Source: a virus. Taken from it: a stretch of DNA of 64,000 bases. The notes under the pieces are model-generated. The model was not told the origin of the DNA and did not search any database. It was given only the letters and a program-made list of their open reading frames with translations. The translations under genes were made by a program, and so were the position numbers. Where the stretch lies: UHGV virus genome UHGV-0390448. One strand, written 5' to 3'. This document shows, in pieces, positions 20,206-29,468 of the stretch. How positions within the stretch are numbered: the first letter of the stretch is position 1; every line of letters begins with the position of its first letter.

Positions 20206-20497
20206 TCTGGCTTTCCTCCCGTTGTTTGATCAGGCTGGTATTCAGTTCTGCTGTTTTGCGCTGGTACTCCTTCTCCAGTGTTTTAATTCTTTCGTTTTCA
20301 GCCATCATGGCAGATCGCGATTTTTCACTTAACTGCAATGCGGTAGAAAGCGTGTTGTTCTCGCTTTCAAGTTGTGATTTTGAGTCTTCCAGGGAACGGA
20401 TATACCTGATGTGATCGATAACTGCCGCCGTAGTACGGTAAATTCCATAAATGGCTAAAAGCGCAACTACTATCAAAATTATCTTTTTCAAAACCAT
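20039..20497 (-). CDS. Inner-membrane spanin (Rz-like)
   Basis: 152 aa, N-terminal transmembrane helix followed by a long coiled-coil periplasmic domain; overlaps the o-spanin gene. Confidence 0.7.
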   Translation of the reverse strand: MVLKKIILIVVALLAIYGIYRTTAAVIDHIRYIRSLEDSKSQLESENNTLSTALQLSEKSRSAMMAENERIKTLEKEYQRKTAELNTSLIKQREESQNEITRLETALRNAGVNDVRVPDDVIRMQRERAKEINQRANANYRRSHQQTAGKSD

Positions 20498-20567
20498 CCT
20501 CTTCAGATTTTTTGTTGGTGTGATATGTGTACCAATTTGTAACCATTTATGGGCTTAAATGGTGTGG

Positions 20568-21362
20568 TTATGGTTCCTTTTTAGTGTTGCTTTGGAGCGC
20601 ATCGATTACACCTTGTGGCATGATCAAACTGATTGCCGGACTCATTACTTCATCGCCCAGTAGAGAACCGGTTAACGTAATAGCTACAGCATTTTCCAGT
20701 CCCTGTTTGGCTTTTCCGGTAGAGTCCTTAACTTGCTGTGCAAGTGTTGAGAGACTACTGCTCGTGTTGTTTATTGCATTTATTTGTTCTGTTGCTGCTT
20801 CCACAGCGTCTTTTAGTGCTTTGATCTCTTCTTCTGTTAGTGCTGGTTGCTGTGTTGTTCCGGTGGAACTTCCGTTGCCTGAAGCCTCCCCGCTTGACGC
20901 CTGAACTTTTGCATTTATAGCGGTCATAGCTGAAGTGATTGGCACCAGTTCAAATGCTGCCAACGCGTCAATAAGCGATTGCGGATGCAGGGTATCTCCC
21001 ATAACTGTTACGAGAGCAAATTCTGGCGCAGGAGATAACTCATTACCTTTGACGTAACATTCCCAGCCAATTTTCATCTGAAGTAATTCAGTTGGCGAAG
21101 TATACGGAGACAGCGAGTCGGCTAAATTGGTTGCTTCTGCACTGACAGTTTTCAGTTGTTCTGAAAAGACAGAAAGCTGATTGACCCATGAAACCACCGA
21201 CGCCGGGTATGCTTTATCCTTCAGGATAAGAGCCTGGATATTCTCTTCCAGAGAACTGGCATTGGATGACGCTGTTTTACTTAGCGTGATAGATGCAGGC
21301 GTAGTTGTGCCTGATGCATTTAGAATTTTGAATGCGTTAACTTCAGCGATTGAATCAAGCAT
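20568..21362 (-). CDS. Hypothetical protein
   Basis: 264-aa Ser/Thr/Ala-rich ORF between the PAAR-like gene and the spanins. Confidence 0.4.
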   Translation of the reverse strand: MLDSIAEVNAFKILNASGTTTPASITLSKTASSNASSLEENIQALILKDKAYPASVVSWVNQLSVFSEQLKTVSAEATNLADSLSPYTSPTELLQMKIGWECYVKGNELSPAPEFALVTVMGDTLHPQSLIDALAAFELVPITSAMTAINAKVQASSGEASGNGSSTGTTQQPALTEEEIKALKDAVEAATEQINAINNTSSSLSTLAQQVKDSTGKAKQGLENAVAITLTGSLLGDEVMSPAISLIMPQGVIDALQSNTKKEP

Positions 21363-21646
21363 TATGACACCTGAAAAATTGCCTCACCATTAGCGATGAC
21401 TGAGCCACAAGAAAGGGGATCTCCCACACAAACAACTCCTTTCCCGCCTATTGCAAACCATGAGCGCGTCGATACGGCTGATCCGGGGTGCGCGCTATTT
21501 CCGTCTGTATGGCTGGGGAACGCTCCCCCATCTACAACCACTGGCTTTCCATTTACGGTAAACCAGGAAACTGTTTCTGCTACAGGTCGCGGAGGGAATC
21601 CTCCATGACCAGAACAAACTGTGTCACTGGTCGCAATTGCACTCAT
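21362..21646 (-). CDS. PAAR-repeat protein (spike tip)
   Basis: 94 aa with SGHGG...DGNSAHPG...GDPLSCGS, the characteristic PAAR-like Gly/His/Cys pattern. Confidence 0.6.
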   Translation of the reverse strand: MSAIATSDTVCSGHGGFPPRPVAETVSWFTVNGKPVVVDGGAFPSHTDGNSAHPGSAVSTRSWFAIGGKGVVCVGDPLSCGSVIANGEAIFQVS

Positions 21647-21704
21647 CTAACACCTCCTTTTTCTTAAATCTTCTCCACTTTGTGATTTTCACTCTTCAGA
21701 TTTC

Positions 21705-21880
21705 TTACTTCTCATATTTGTCTCTGATTTGTCTCAAAAGGGTATCATTGGTACATCATGTATCATCTAAGTCTCTTTTGTGTCTCTTTTGTGTCTCTAG
21801 TTTGATGCTTTTTACGCTATCTAACTTCTGGTCTTATTTTGTTTTCTCATATAAAATTCAATTCTTTCTCAAATGTGTCT
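21705..21880. promoter_or_regulatory. parC-like centromere/promoter repeats upstream of parM
   Basis: About seven copies of TTTGTCTC / TGTGTCTC within 170 bp in the position that parC occupies in R1-type parMRC loci. Confidence 0.55.
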
Positions 21881-21895
21881 CAGAAGTGGAGCAAT

Positions 21896-22855
21896 ATGAT
21901 GCGCATTTTTATCGACGATGGTTCTACCAATATCAAAATGCTGTGGGAACAAGACGGGGAAACTCGAACCCATATCTGTCCGAACAGTTTTAAACGTGGA
22001 TGGTCCGCCACATTTGGCGCAGGAAAGCCGTTTAACTACATCATTGATGACGAAAAATATTCATATGACTTGATCTCGCCGGATGTGCTGCCGACGAATA
22101 ACGTTGAATGGCAATACAGCCCGCTTAATGTGCTTGCTGTTCATCATGCCCTGCTTACAAGTGGCATTGAGCCTCAAGAAGTGGAAATAGTTGTCACGTT
22201 GCCACTGGCAGAGTTTTATGACGACGACGCACAATACAACATGAAAAATATTGAGCGGAAAAAGGCCAGCCTGATGCGACCAGTCACCCTTAACAAAGGT
22301 CAGGTTTTTACTATCAAAAAAGTGACTGTGCGCCCGGAGTCAATACCCGCAGGGATCGGTCTGTGCGACAGCCTTGTGCCAGCGCATTCTGTGCTTATTG
22401 TTGATCTTGGTGGGACTACTCTGGATGTGTCGATGGTCGCCGGGCAAATGACCGCCGTTTCTCGCGTATTTGGCGATTCTAATCTCGGCGTTTCGCTGGT
22501 AACTAAAGAGGTCAGACAGGCACTTGCAAAAGCGAATACCGAAACCTCTAATTATAATGTCGATCAATTAATCATTAATCGTGATGATGAGGATTATTTG
22601 ACCGACAATATTAACGATCCGTCTGCTATTGATGATGTTAAGAAAGCCATTTCGTCAAGCATAGAACGACTCCGTACACGCGTACTGGATGTGATCAGTG
22701 ATTTCAAAGGATACACGCATGTTATGGTCATTGGTGGCGGCGCGCCGCTTGTTGCTGATGCTATCCGTGAGCAGGTAAACATTCGTGACGATAGGTTTTT
22801 CGTTGCTGATGATCCACAACTTGCTCTTGTCTATGGTCTAAAATCTATCGGTTGA
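21896..22855 (+). CDS. parM: Actin-like plasmid segregation ATPase ParM/StbA
   Basis: N-terminus MMRIFIDDGSTNIKMLWEQ...NSFKRGW...VHHALLTSG closely parallels R1 ParM (MLVFIDDGSTNIKLQW...); start chosen at the ATGATG after RBS GTGGAG. Confidence 0.85.
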   Translation: MMRIFIDDGSTNIKMLWEQDGETRTHICPNSFKRGWSATFGAGKPFNYIIDDEKYSYDLISPDVLPTNNVEWQYSPLNVLAVHHALLTSGIEPQEVEIVVTLPLAEFYDDDAQYNMKNIERKKASLMRPVTLNKGQVFTIKKVTVRPESIPAGIGLCDSLVPAHSVLIVDLGGTTLDVSMVAGQMTAVSRVFGDSNLGVSLVTKEVRQALAKANTETSNYNVDQLIINRDDEDYLTDNINDPSAIDDVKKAISSSIERLRTRVLDVISDFKGYTHVMVIGGGAPLVADAIREQVNIRDDRFFVADDPQLALVYGLKSIG

Positions 22856-22865
22856 TGAGGTTGCC

Positions 22866-23231
22866 ATGTCTCAGGAACGTCGAAAAGTATTGTTTTATCT
22901 TCGTCCTGGTCTTAACGCCAGTGAGCAATATGCTGATGCAAAACTTGAGGGCCATCCATTAAGAGATCGCAATGATATGGCGCGCACAGCGATGCTTGCA
23001 GGTATCGCTCTTGGCGAGGTTGATAGCAGATTACCTCCCATGTTGGCATCGCTTTTATCCGGTGATAATAGCCCTGAAGTGATCAGAAAAATGCTGGTTT
23101 CATTTCTTGAAATTTCGCCTGAAGTTCGGGAAGCCTCTGAAGGAAACACCTCTGTCTCAGAGGATGTAAAAAAACCAGGCGTTCCGAAAAGCCGCTCTGC
23201 ACAGAATTTGGCAAACTCACTCCCTGATTAA
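22866..23231 (+). CDS. parR: ParR/StbB-like centromere-binding adaptor
   Basis: 121-aa ORF immediately downstream of parM, the invariant position of parR. Confidence 0.6.
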   Translation: MSQERRKVLFYLRPGLNASEQYADAKLEGHPLRDRNDMARTAMLAGIALGEVDSRLPPMLASLLSGDNSPEVIRKMLVSFLEISPEVREASEGNTSVSEDVKKPGVPKSRSAQNLANSLPD

Positions 23232-23248
23232 CCAATCTACATCTTCAA

Positions 23249-23273
23249 AGGCTGCAATTTGCAGCCTTTTTTA
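23249..23273 (+). terminator. Rho-independent terminator after parR
   Basis: ggctgca-att-tgcagcc stem-loop followed by tttttt. Confidence 0.7.
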
Positions 23274-23274
23274 T

Positions 23275-23515
23275 ACCGTTATGGTTCTGGTTTGGTGCTC
23301 TTTTAGTACCAAAACGGTGTTGTTATGGTGCTGCTTTGTATCTGGTTCCACTTTGGGGCTGATTTCGTGTTAAACAGGATGCAACAGAGGGCAAATTTAG
23401 AGTGTTTAGTGTTATACTTTTGCAAAGCATAGTGACTCCACTATAGAGCCAAAACCGCATCAATAAGGCTTCTGTTTGGAACCAGTTTGATACCAAAATA
23501 ACACCGAGGAACGGA
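23275..23515. repeat. Centromere-like repeats upstream of the ParA/ParG-type operon
   Basis: Repeated GTACCAAAACGGTGTT-like and TTATGGTKCTG-like elements (ggtaccaaaacggtgtt, gataccaaaataacaccg, ggaaccagtttg). Confidence 0.5.
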
Positions 23516-23516
23516 T

Positions 23517-24158
23517 ATGATTATATTGGTAGTCAGCCAAAAAGGTGGCTGTGGAAAATCAACCACAAGCGTAAACATCTGTGCGGAGCTTGCCCGCGAA
23601 AATAAGGATGTAGTGTTACTAGATGCAGACAAGCAAGGAACAGCTGCCCGCTGGGCAGCTGACCGTAACACGGCAGAGGTTTCTCCTGTAATTCATTGTG
23701 TCCAGAAGTTTGGTAATATTCGAGAAACACTTCTCGATCTGGATAAGCGTTATGAATTTGTAGTTGTTGATACAGCCGGGCGCGATAGCAAAGAGATGCG
23801 TACAGGCATAACCGCTGCAGATATTGTGTTGGTCCCATTCAGACCATCTCAACCAGATTTAGACACGCTGGCACACTTTGTTGAAGTGTTTGAAGAGGCT
23901 TTGGACCTGATGCCTAATCCTAGCATTAAGGCGTTCGCAGTCTTAACAATGGCCCCATCCAATCCGGTTGTGAATGAAACCAATGAGGCCAAAGAGTACC
24001 TAGCTGAATATCCGCAACTGAAGTTGCTGAAAACCATCATTCGTGATCGTAAGGTTTACCGCGATTGCATGGCTGAAGGGAAGGGCGTTGTTGAGATGGA
24101 CAACGGGAAAGCTAAAGGTGAAATCCAGATGTTGGTTAAGGAGTTATTAAGTGATTAA
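23517..24158 (+). CDS. Small ParA-family partition ATPase (ParF-like)
   Basis: 213 aa with deviant Walker A KGGCGKST near the N-terminus. Confidence 0.8.
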   Translation: MIILVVSQKGGCGKSTTSVNICAELARENKDVVLLDADKQGTAARWAADRNTAEVSPVIHCVQKFGNIRETLLDLDKRYEFVVVDTAGRDSKEMRTGITAADIVLVPFRPSQPDLDTLAHFVEVFEEALDLMPNPSIKAFAVLTMAPSNPVVNETNEAKEYLAEYPQLKLLKTIIRDRKVYRDCMAEGKGVVEMDNGKAKGEIQMLVKELLSD

Positions 24159-24438
24159 GCCTCGTAAATCGGTAAAAGCCCCCGAAGTAAAAGACCCCGA
24201 TCTTGAACGCCGAATTGAGGATTTTGCCAGTAAGGCTGATTTGGTGCCGGGTGAGCAACCAGAAGACAACAAAGTGCTCGATAAGGACGCCCCACGTGAT
24301 TTTAAATCCATTCGTGTTGGCTTCAATGAATACGAGTACCAGGTACTTGATGCGTTAAGCAAAAAGCATAATCGCAGCAAATTGAATATGATCCGCCATG
24401 CTATTCTCATGCTTGCAGAGTCTGAGGATACAAAATGA
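24151..24438 (+). CDS. ParG-like ribbon-helix-helix partition protein
   Basis: 95-aa ORF overlapping the ParA stop; disordered N-terminus and C-terminal RHH-like segment (NMIRHAILMLAE). Confidence 0.55.
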   Translation: MIKPRKSVKAPEVKDPDLERRIEDFASKADLVPGEQPEDNKVLDKDAPRDFKSIRVGFNEYEYQVLDALSKKHNRSKLNMIRHAILMLAESEDTK

Positions 24439-24444
24439 CGCCGG

Positions 24445-24550
24445 AATAACACCGTTTTGGTTCCATGTGTTATTTTGAAGCTATTTTGATGCCTTTTTAG
24501 TACCAGAATGGTGTTATTAGTGTACCGTAACGGTGCTTGTTTGATGTTAT
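24445..24550. repeat. Second copy cluster of the GTACCAAAACGGTGTT-family repeats downstream of the ParA/ParG-type operon
   Basis: aacaccgttttggttcc (inverted), agtaccagaatggtgtt and gtaccgtaacggtgctt. Confidence 0.5.
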
Positions 24551-24551
24551 A

Positions 24552-24575
24552 AAAGCCCCATATGGGGCTTTTCTT
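24552..24575. terminator. Bidirectional terminator between the ParG-like gene and dmt
   Basis: aaaagcccca-ta-tggggctttt: stem flanked by A-tract on one side and T-tract on the other. Confidence 0.7.
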
Positions 24576-26988
24576 AATTAAGCGTGGCTATAATGTCGTT
24601 AGCTATCATTCGCGTTGATGCTTTACAGGATACAGAGCGACGGGATGGCATAGGATACACCTTGAAGCCATTGCCAACGTAAAGTTCGCGAATGTTAGGC
24701 GCTCCACTGTTTGTTATCACAATTTTCGCCCCGCGTCTGTGAGCATCTACCAGCAGCGACACCAGCCGTTGTTGATCTTCAAACCTAAAGCTATGCCCTG
24801 AGTAATTTGTAAATCCGGTAGTGTCGGGCAATGGTTCATAGGGGGGATCGCAGAAAATCACATCATCATTCCCGGCAGCCTCAATTACACCAGCAAAATC
24901 GCCGGACACAAATTCCGAATACTTTGAAATATCGTCAGCCAGGAACGCCTCCATTTCCGCGAGAGGGAAGTAGGGAGATTTCTGCTTTCCATATCCGACG
25001 TTGAACTCTCCTTTACGGTTATAGCGAGTGACGCCATTAAAACAATGACGATTGAGATACAGGAACGCCGCTGCATGGTGAAGAGAATCATAAGCACCAT
25101 TGTTGAATGCATTGCGAACATTCAAAAATGCATCAGCAGAGTTGTAATCCTGAAAATAACGATATGCCAGTGTGATAAGAGAATACCCTTCACGCTGCAA
25201 TGTCTGATAGAAGTTAATCAGGTCACCGTTAATATCATTAAGCAGGTTGTGGCGAAAACCTGCATTCGTAAATACGGAACCGCCACCAACGAATGGTTCT
25301 ATTAACCGCTTGCCGTGTGGCAGATGCTCAAGCACTGTAGGCAACCCTGAGAATTTACCGCCTACCCATTTGAATATTGGGCGCTCATATTCATCCGGAG
25401 TCCGGAGTTTTCTAGTGTAGGTAATGGTATTTATTGTTTTTTGCTGTTTATCCGCCACGGTCGCAAGAATGCGACACCCAATCCATTGCATAACAGGAAC
25501 TGCCATGCTGTTGCCGATCGCTTTGTAACGCGGTCCGTCAGCTGCAAGCATCGCGGCCTCTTCTTCGCTTAAATCTGGATAGTGATTGCGCAGATATGCC
25601 AGTTCATCTGAATTAACTTTTTTACGCTTTTCCGTAGGGATCAACGTATGCCCATCAGGAAAACCTTGAAGTCTCTCACATTCGACAGGGGTAAGACGGC
25701 GGACAGCTACTTCTTCGTTTCTTACTTCATAGCAAACAGCAGTTGGATTTTGAGCCATTAGAGATGGTGAAGTATTCTTAGTTGCTGCATGTTGTGTACC
25801 ACTCATACGCTCAGGAAAAGCCAATGTAACAAGATGCCCATGGCTTTCTTGCTCACGCGCCCGCAATGTACCATGCCCTTCTGACCAAAAACCTGCTCCA
25901 GTGCTGCTAAAAACGGCAAGGTCAGTGGCATCTTTAAAGTCTCTTGCCTTTACTGTCGATGCGGTTTCATCGTCAATATATTCCCCAAATGCCGCCATCC
26001 TGAAACCGTTTACGGCTTTCGTCGATTTCATATCGGGGGACATGCCAGCGTGTAGGCATGGATTTAGGCTTTCGCCACTGATTGCAGCGCCATTTGCAGT
26101 AATGGCGGAAGCGATTTCCTTCTTTTTTCGGCTCGGCGCAATATTCCGGCGCACGCCTTCGAACTCAAAAAGTACCGTTGCGGGATCGAGGTCTGTTCGA
26201 GCACTTGCGACAACAAACACGCGTCGGCGTCGTTGTGCCACTCCGAAGTATTGGGCATCAAGGATTCTCCAGGCCACTTTTCGCTGCGGTCCATAAATAC
26301 AACCACACTGCGGCCACTTTGGAGCATGGCTACCGGTTTTGGCATCCCACCGCCAGAACGCGTTACTTTTTCGTGATTCAGGTCGATCACCAGGTTCGAA
26401 TGGCGCATTTTCTCCAGCCAATCCGGCAAGGAAACATCCGAATGCGTTATCTGCTGATGACAGGACTCCTGGGACATTTTCCCATACGATGACGGCTGGT
26501 TTGAGAAAGGACTCGGCCCGTTTGTCGTCAATTGCATTTGCAAGCTCCACATATTTTAAAGTTAGCGCGCCGCGCTCATCATCAAGCCCACCACGCAAGC
26601 CCGCGATACTGAATGCCTGACAAGGGGTTCCTCCGACGAGAACATCCGGGGCTTCAATTTTTCCAGCCCGGATCTTCTTAGCAAGTTTTGTCATGTCGCC
26701 AAGGTTGGTGACATGAGGCCAGTGGTGCGCAAGAACGGCAGACGGAAAAGGCTCGATTTCAGCAAACCAAGCCGGACGCATACCCAACGGTTCCCAGGCA
26801 ATGCTTGCGGCTTCAATTCCACTGCAAACCGAACCATATCGAAGATTAATGCTCTGCTTCACCGCCAATGGCCTCCACCAGCGAGCTAAACATCGCGGAT
26901 AATTCGCTTGTGAACAGAATGAAGTCAGCATCAAACCGCTGGGCAACATCTTCACGGTCGATGTCATCGTTCTGGTCATAGAGATCAT
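24574..26988 (-). CDS. dmt: Bifunctional DNA methyltransferase, N-terminal C5-cytosine (Dcm-like) fused to C-terminal N6-adenine (Dam-like) domain
   Basis: N-terminal part has CSGIEAASIAW (motif I-like) and GGTPCQAFSIAG (PCQ motif IV); C-terminal part has FVGGGSVF and DPPY. The true start is probably internal, since the ORF as drawn overlaps the upstream gene by about 140 nt. Confidence 0.8.
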   Translation of the reverse strand: MISMTRTMTSTVKMLPSGLMLTSFCSQANYPRCLARWWRPLAVKQSINLRYGSVCSGIEAASIAWEPLGMRPAWFAEIEPFPSAVLAHHWPHVTNLGDMTKLAKKIRAGKIEAPDVLVGGTPCQAFSIAGLRGGLDDERGALTLKYVELANAIDDKRAESFLKPAVIVWENVPGVLSSADNAFGCFLAGLAGENAPFEPGDRPESRKSNAFWRWDAKTGSHAPKWPQCGCIYGPQRKVAWRILDAQYFGVAQRRRRVFVVASARTDLDPATVLFEFEGVRRNIAPSRKKKEIASAITANGAAISGESLNPCLHAGMSPDMKSTKAVNGFRMAAFGEYIDDETASTVKARDFKDATDLAVFSSTGAGFWSEGHGTLRAREQESHGHLVTLAFPERMSGTQHAATKNTSPSLMAQNPTAVCYEVRNEEVAVRRLTPVECERLQGFPDGHTLIPTEKRKKVNSDELAYLRNHYPDLSEEEAAMLAADGPRYKAIGNSMAVPVMQWIGCRILATVADKQQKTINTITYTRKLRTPDEYERPIFKWVGGKFSGLPTVLEHLPHGKRLIEPFVGGGSVFTNAGFRHNLLNDINGDLINFYQTLQREGYSLITLAYRYFQDYNSADAFLNVRNAFNNGAYDSLHHAAAFLYLNRHCFNGVTRYNRKGEFNVGYGKQKSPYFPLAEMEAFLADDISKYSEFVSGDFAGVIEAAGNDDVIFCDPPYEPLPDTTGFTNYSGHSFRFEDQQRLVSLLVDAHRRGAKIVITNSGAPNIRELYVGNGFKVYPMPSRRSVSCKASTRMIANDIIATLN

Positions 26989-27751
26989 CGCAAAACGTCA
27001 GTGCTTTGATGCTCATGTCATCGTTTAACCTGAAGGTCGCGCGGTCCTGCCAGTTGATTGCAACTGTTGTTGCAACTTTTCCGGCTTCAATATGAGTCAT
27101 TATTTCCTCTGACTGTAGGTCTACTTTCTTGCAACGAACTGCGCCGCCGTCATCGAACAGAGATTTCAATATGGCTTCTTCGCCTGCTTTAAAGCCTTGA
27201 GGAAATGTTGACTTGAACCATTCGGTCATAGTCATTTCGAGCGGTTCTATCGGCGTGAATGGAATCACCGGAAGGCTGCCAAGTGATTTACGTAAGAGCG
27301 CCAGCATTTCTTCTGCTTTTCTGGCGCTGGAAGCTTCTACGAAGACCAGATAGTTGTCGCGATCAATAAGGATTCGCGACAATGATTTGCGAGTGAATGC
27401 GCGAGGCAACAAAGAGTGGAGAACTTCATCCTTCAGGGTGTTTTTTTCCGACTTCTTCAGCTTACGGGATTGCTCATTTTCGAGCTTTTCCACTTTTTTC
27501 TGCACTTCCTCCTTAATGACATGAGAGGGCAGGAGCTTAATTTCTCGCTGTTGCTGGAGAAGTAGAAAACCGTGGTATTCATGGATCAGGTTGTCAGCCA
27601 GAACCGGCACCCATCCGACTTTTGCCATTTCTTGTGATGCGCATGGAGTGAATGTGAATTGGCTTAAGGCATCACTAACGGTGGTTGAGTCCAGTTTAAT
27701 TTCGCGGGCAAGGCGATAGACGTATATGTTTTTAAATGCGACCAATCTCAT
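26846..27751 (-). CDS. RdgC-like recombination-associated protein
   Basis: 301 aa; extensive collinear similarity to E. coli RdgC as recalled (FKN..VYRL, FTPC.SQ.MAK.GWVP, LKDEVLHSLLPRAF, LRKSLGSLPV, DREDVAQRFDADFIL). Confidence 0.75.
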   Translation of the reverse strand: MRLVAFKNIYVYRLAREIKLDSTTVSDALSQFTFTPCASQEMAKVGWVPVLADNLIHEYHGFLLLQQQREIKLLPSHVIKEEVQKKVEKLENEQSRKLKKSEKNTLKDEVLHSLLPRAFTRKSLSRILIDRDNYLVFVEASSARKAEEMLALLRKSLGSLPVIPFTPIEPLEMTMTEWFKSTFPQGFKAGEEAILKSLFDDGGAVRCKKVDLQSEEIMTHIEAGKVATTVAINWQDRATFRLNDDMSIKALTFCDDLYDQNDDIDREDVAQRFDADFILFTSELSAMFSSLVEAIGGEAEH

Positions 27752-27752
27752 A

Positions 27753-27795
27753 TTTCGTAAAACTGTGTTAGAAAATAAAACTCAATTATCTAACA
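27753..27795. promoter_or_regulatory. Operator palindrome upstream of the rdgC-like/dmt operon
   Basis: Perfect 13-bp inverted repeat aaactgtgttaga ... tctaacacagttt separated by 17 bp, each arm carrying the TGTTAGA core. Confidence 0.6.
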
Positions 27796-27810
27796 CAGTT
27801 TTGTGTTTTG

Positions 27811-28488
27811 CTATCCCTTCACAAAGGAGAAATTGCTCGCTGTTGCTTTTAGCGCGCCACCAGCGTTCAGGGCTATATCACCATCAGCGGCGACGGTTAC
27901 ATTGCTGCCTTTTACATTAACGTCTCCATCGGAGGATACATTGGTTTTGCTGCTTGATTTGACGTTAACCTCACCTCCAGCATTAAGCACTATATTCGCC
28001 GGGCCGATTATGTAAATCTGGCCGGATTCGTTCATCCCTATCCTTGATCCTGCGGCGGTGTTTGCTATTTCATAGCCACCGCCAGCCGTTCTGACCTCAA
28101 GGATATTGTTTCGGTGAATAACAAAATCTTCAGTCGCCGAAAACTGGGGGCGGGCAGGAGCACCATCAACTTCTTCTGGCGACCATCCGTTTCCTTGTCC
28201 GGAGGCTTCCGGAGGCACATTTGGTACGCCTCCTGGGGCATCCTGCGCCGCGCCAACGATTAAAGGTCGGCGCGTGTCTATCCTGCCTTTAGCATCCAGA
28301 TAAGGAAATTCGACCCAGACTAAATCGCCGCTGACTGTAGGTGTAAAGGCGTTACCGATAGGCATTTGATACTCTGCCCATGGGAGGTCTTCATCCGGTA
28401 CACCGTTCCAGTCAGGCAGTATGCGGACCTGCGCTCGCATAAGTCCGGCAGGGTGTTTGGTCCCTACGATTTGCGCTCTGCGTTTCAC
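27811..28488 (-). CDS. Baseplate hub/spike protein (gpV/gp45-like)
   Basis: 225 aa; N-terminal OB-like segment followed by repetitive beta-helix-like C-terminus (NAGGEVNVKSSSKTNVSSDGDVNVKGSNVTVAADGDIALNAGG). Confidence 0.5.
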   Translation of the reverse strand: MKRRAQIVGTKHPAGLMRAQVRILPDWNGVPDEDLPWAEYQMPIGNAFTPTVSGDLVWVEFPYLDAKGRIDTRRPLIVGAAQDAPGGVPNVPPEASGQGNGWSPEEVDGAPARPQFSATEDFVIHRNNILEVRTAGGGYEIANTAAGSRIGMNESGQIYIIGPANIVLNAGGEVNVKSSSKTNVSSDGDVNVKGSNVTVAADGDIALNAGGALKATASNFSFVKG

Positions 28489-29465
28489 TGGTTGGGTACT
28501 CCTAATATCATTCGTGTTGTATAGCCGATCCGGTCTTCAAAATGGGCTACGTTTTTCACCAGCAGCTTACGAGGCAACGATTCGTCCAGCTTATTTTCCT
28601 GGTCGTAACGATACACGAGGATCTCAATAACCATTCCCGGCGTGATGTCGGGATTACCCGCGACCTCAATATCCATTTTGGGTACGAGCGACAATTGCAT
28701 ATTGCGCAGAGTTTCCATATCCGGATCGGATATATAGCGTATTGGAAGTGAGCTATCGCCATATTCGACATAGCCTTCAGTCATTGAATAGCCGGTAAAT
28801 CGATACTGAGTATTTGCCGTAACGGCATACTCTTGCTGTATAAGCCTCATTTTTGAAATCGTGTATTCTGCCCTGGGGTTGTTCCCTTCATAGGTGAATG
28901 ATGATTTAGCTTTCATAAGGTCAGCTAATGTATAAAAGTTAAACTGACCACGGCAGGCCCAGCATAAAGCGCCTTTGTCGCGGGCCATTTCAGATAGCAT
29001 TTTGGAGGGTTTTTCCCCGGCGGAAAGATGGTACGTACAGCTTCGTTTCAATGCGCTGGAGGAAACTTTCAGTGTACCGGTATACGTCTTGAAAATGGTA
29101 TCAGGCGTTTTGTTTGTATGCAGGTTAGCCCGTAGAGCGGGGATCTTAAATATCCGAACGTCTTCACTGACTGCAATGACCGTAATGACATCACCAGCCA
29201 GCACCGCAGATGTTACGAAAAAAGTTGTTTTAAACGTGCCTGAATTGCCTTGTGGATCACCCATCTCTGCAACCAGTGCTGCGCCGTATTTTGTTTTCCA
29301 GTCATCAATTATGGTGCCGGTAATATCGTGAATTTCCAGTTTCAGCAATGGTGCACGCAGGTTTGCCTTTTCCACATATACGGCAGTGAATATCCACTCC
29401 CTGGGCACTTTGTTTCCGTTGATGGTAACGGACTGTAGAAAGTATTGCTGTAGCTCCTGGGACAT
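28485..29465 (-). CDS. Putative baseplate protein
   Basis: 326-aa ORF co-directional with and overlapping the spike gene. Confidence 0.4.
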   Translation of the reverse strand: MSQELQQYFLQSVTINGNKVPREWIFTAVYVEKANLRAPLLKLEIHDITGTIIDDWKTKYGAALVAEMGDPQGNSGTFKTTFFVTSAVLAGDVITVIAVSEDVRIFKIPALRANLHTNKTPDTIFKTYTGTLKVSSSALKRSCTYHLSAGEKPSKMLSEMARDKGALCWACRGQFNFYTLADLMKAKSSFTYEGNNPRAEYTISKMRLIQQEYAVTANTQYRFTGYSMTEGYVEYGDSSLPIRYISDPDMETLRNMQLSLVPKMDIEVAGNPDITPGMVIEILVYRYDQENKLDESLPRKLLVKNVAHFEDRIGYTTRMILGVPNQ

Positions 29466-29468
29466 GGC

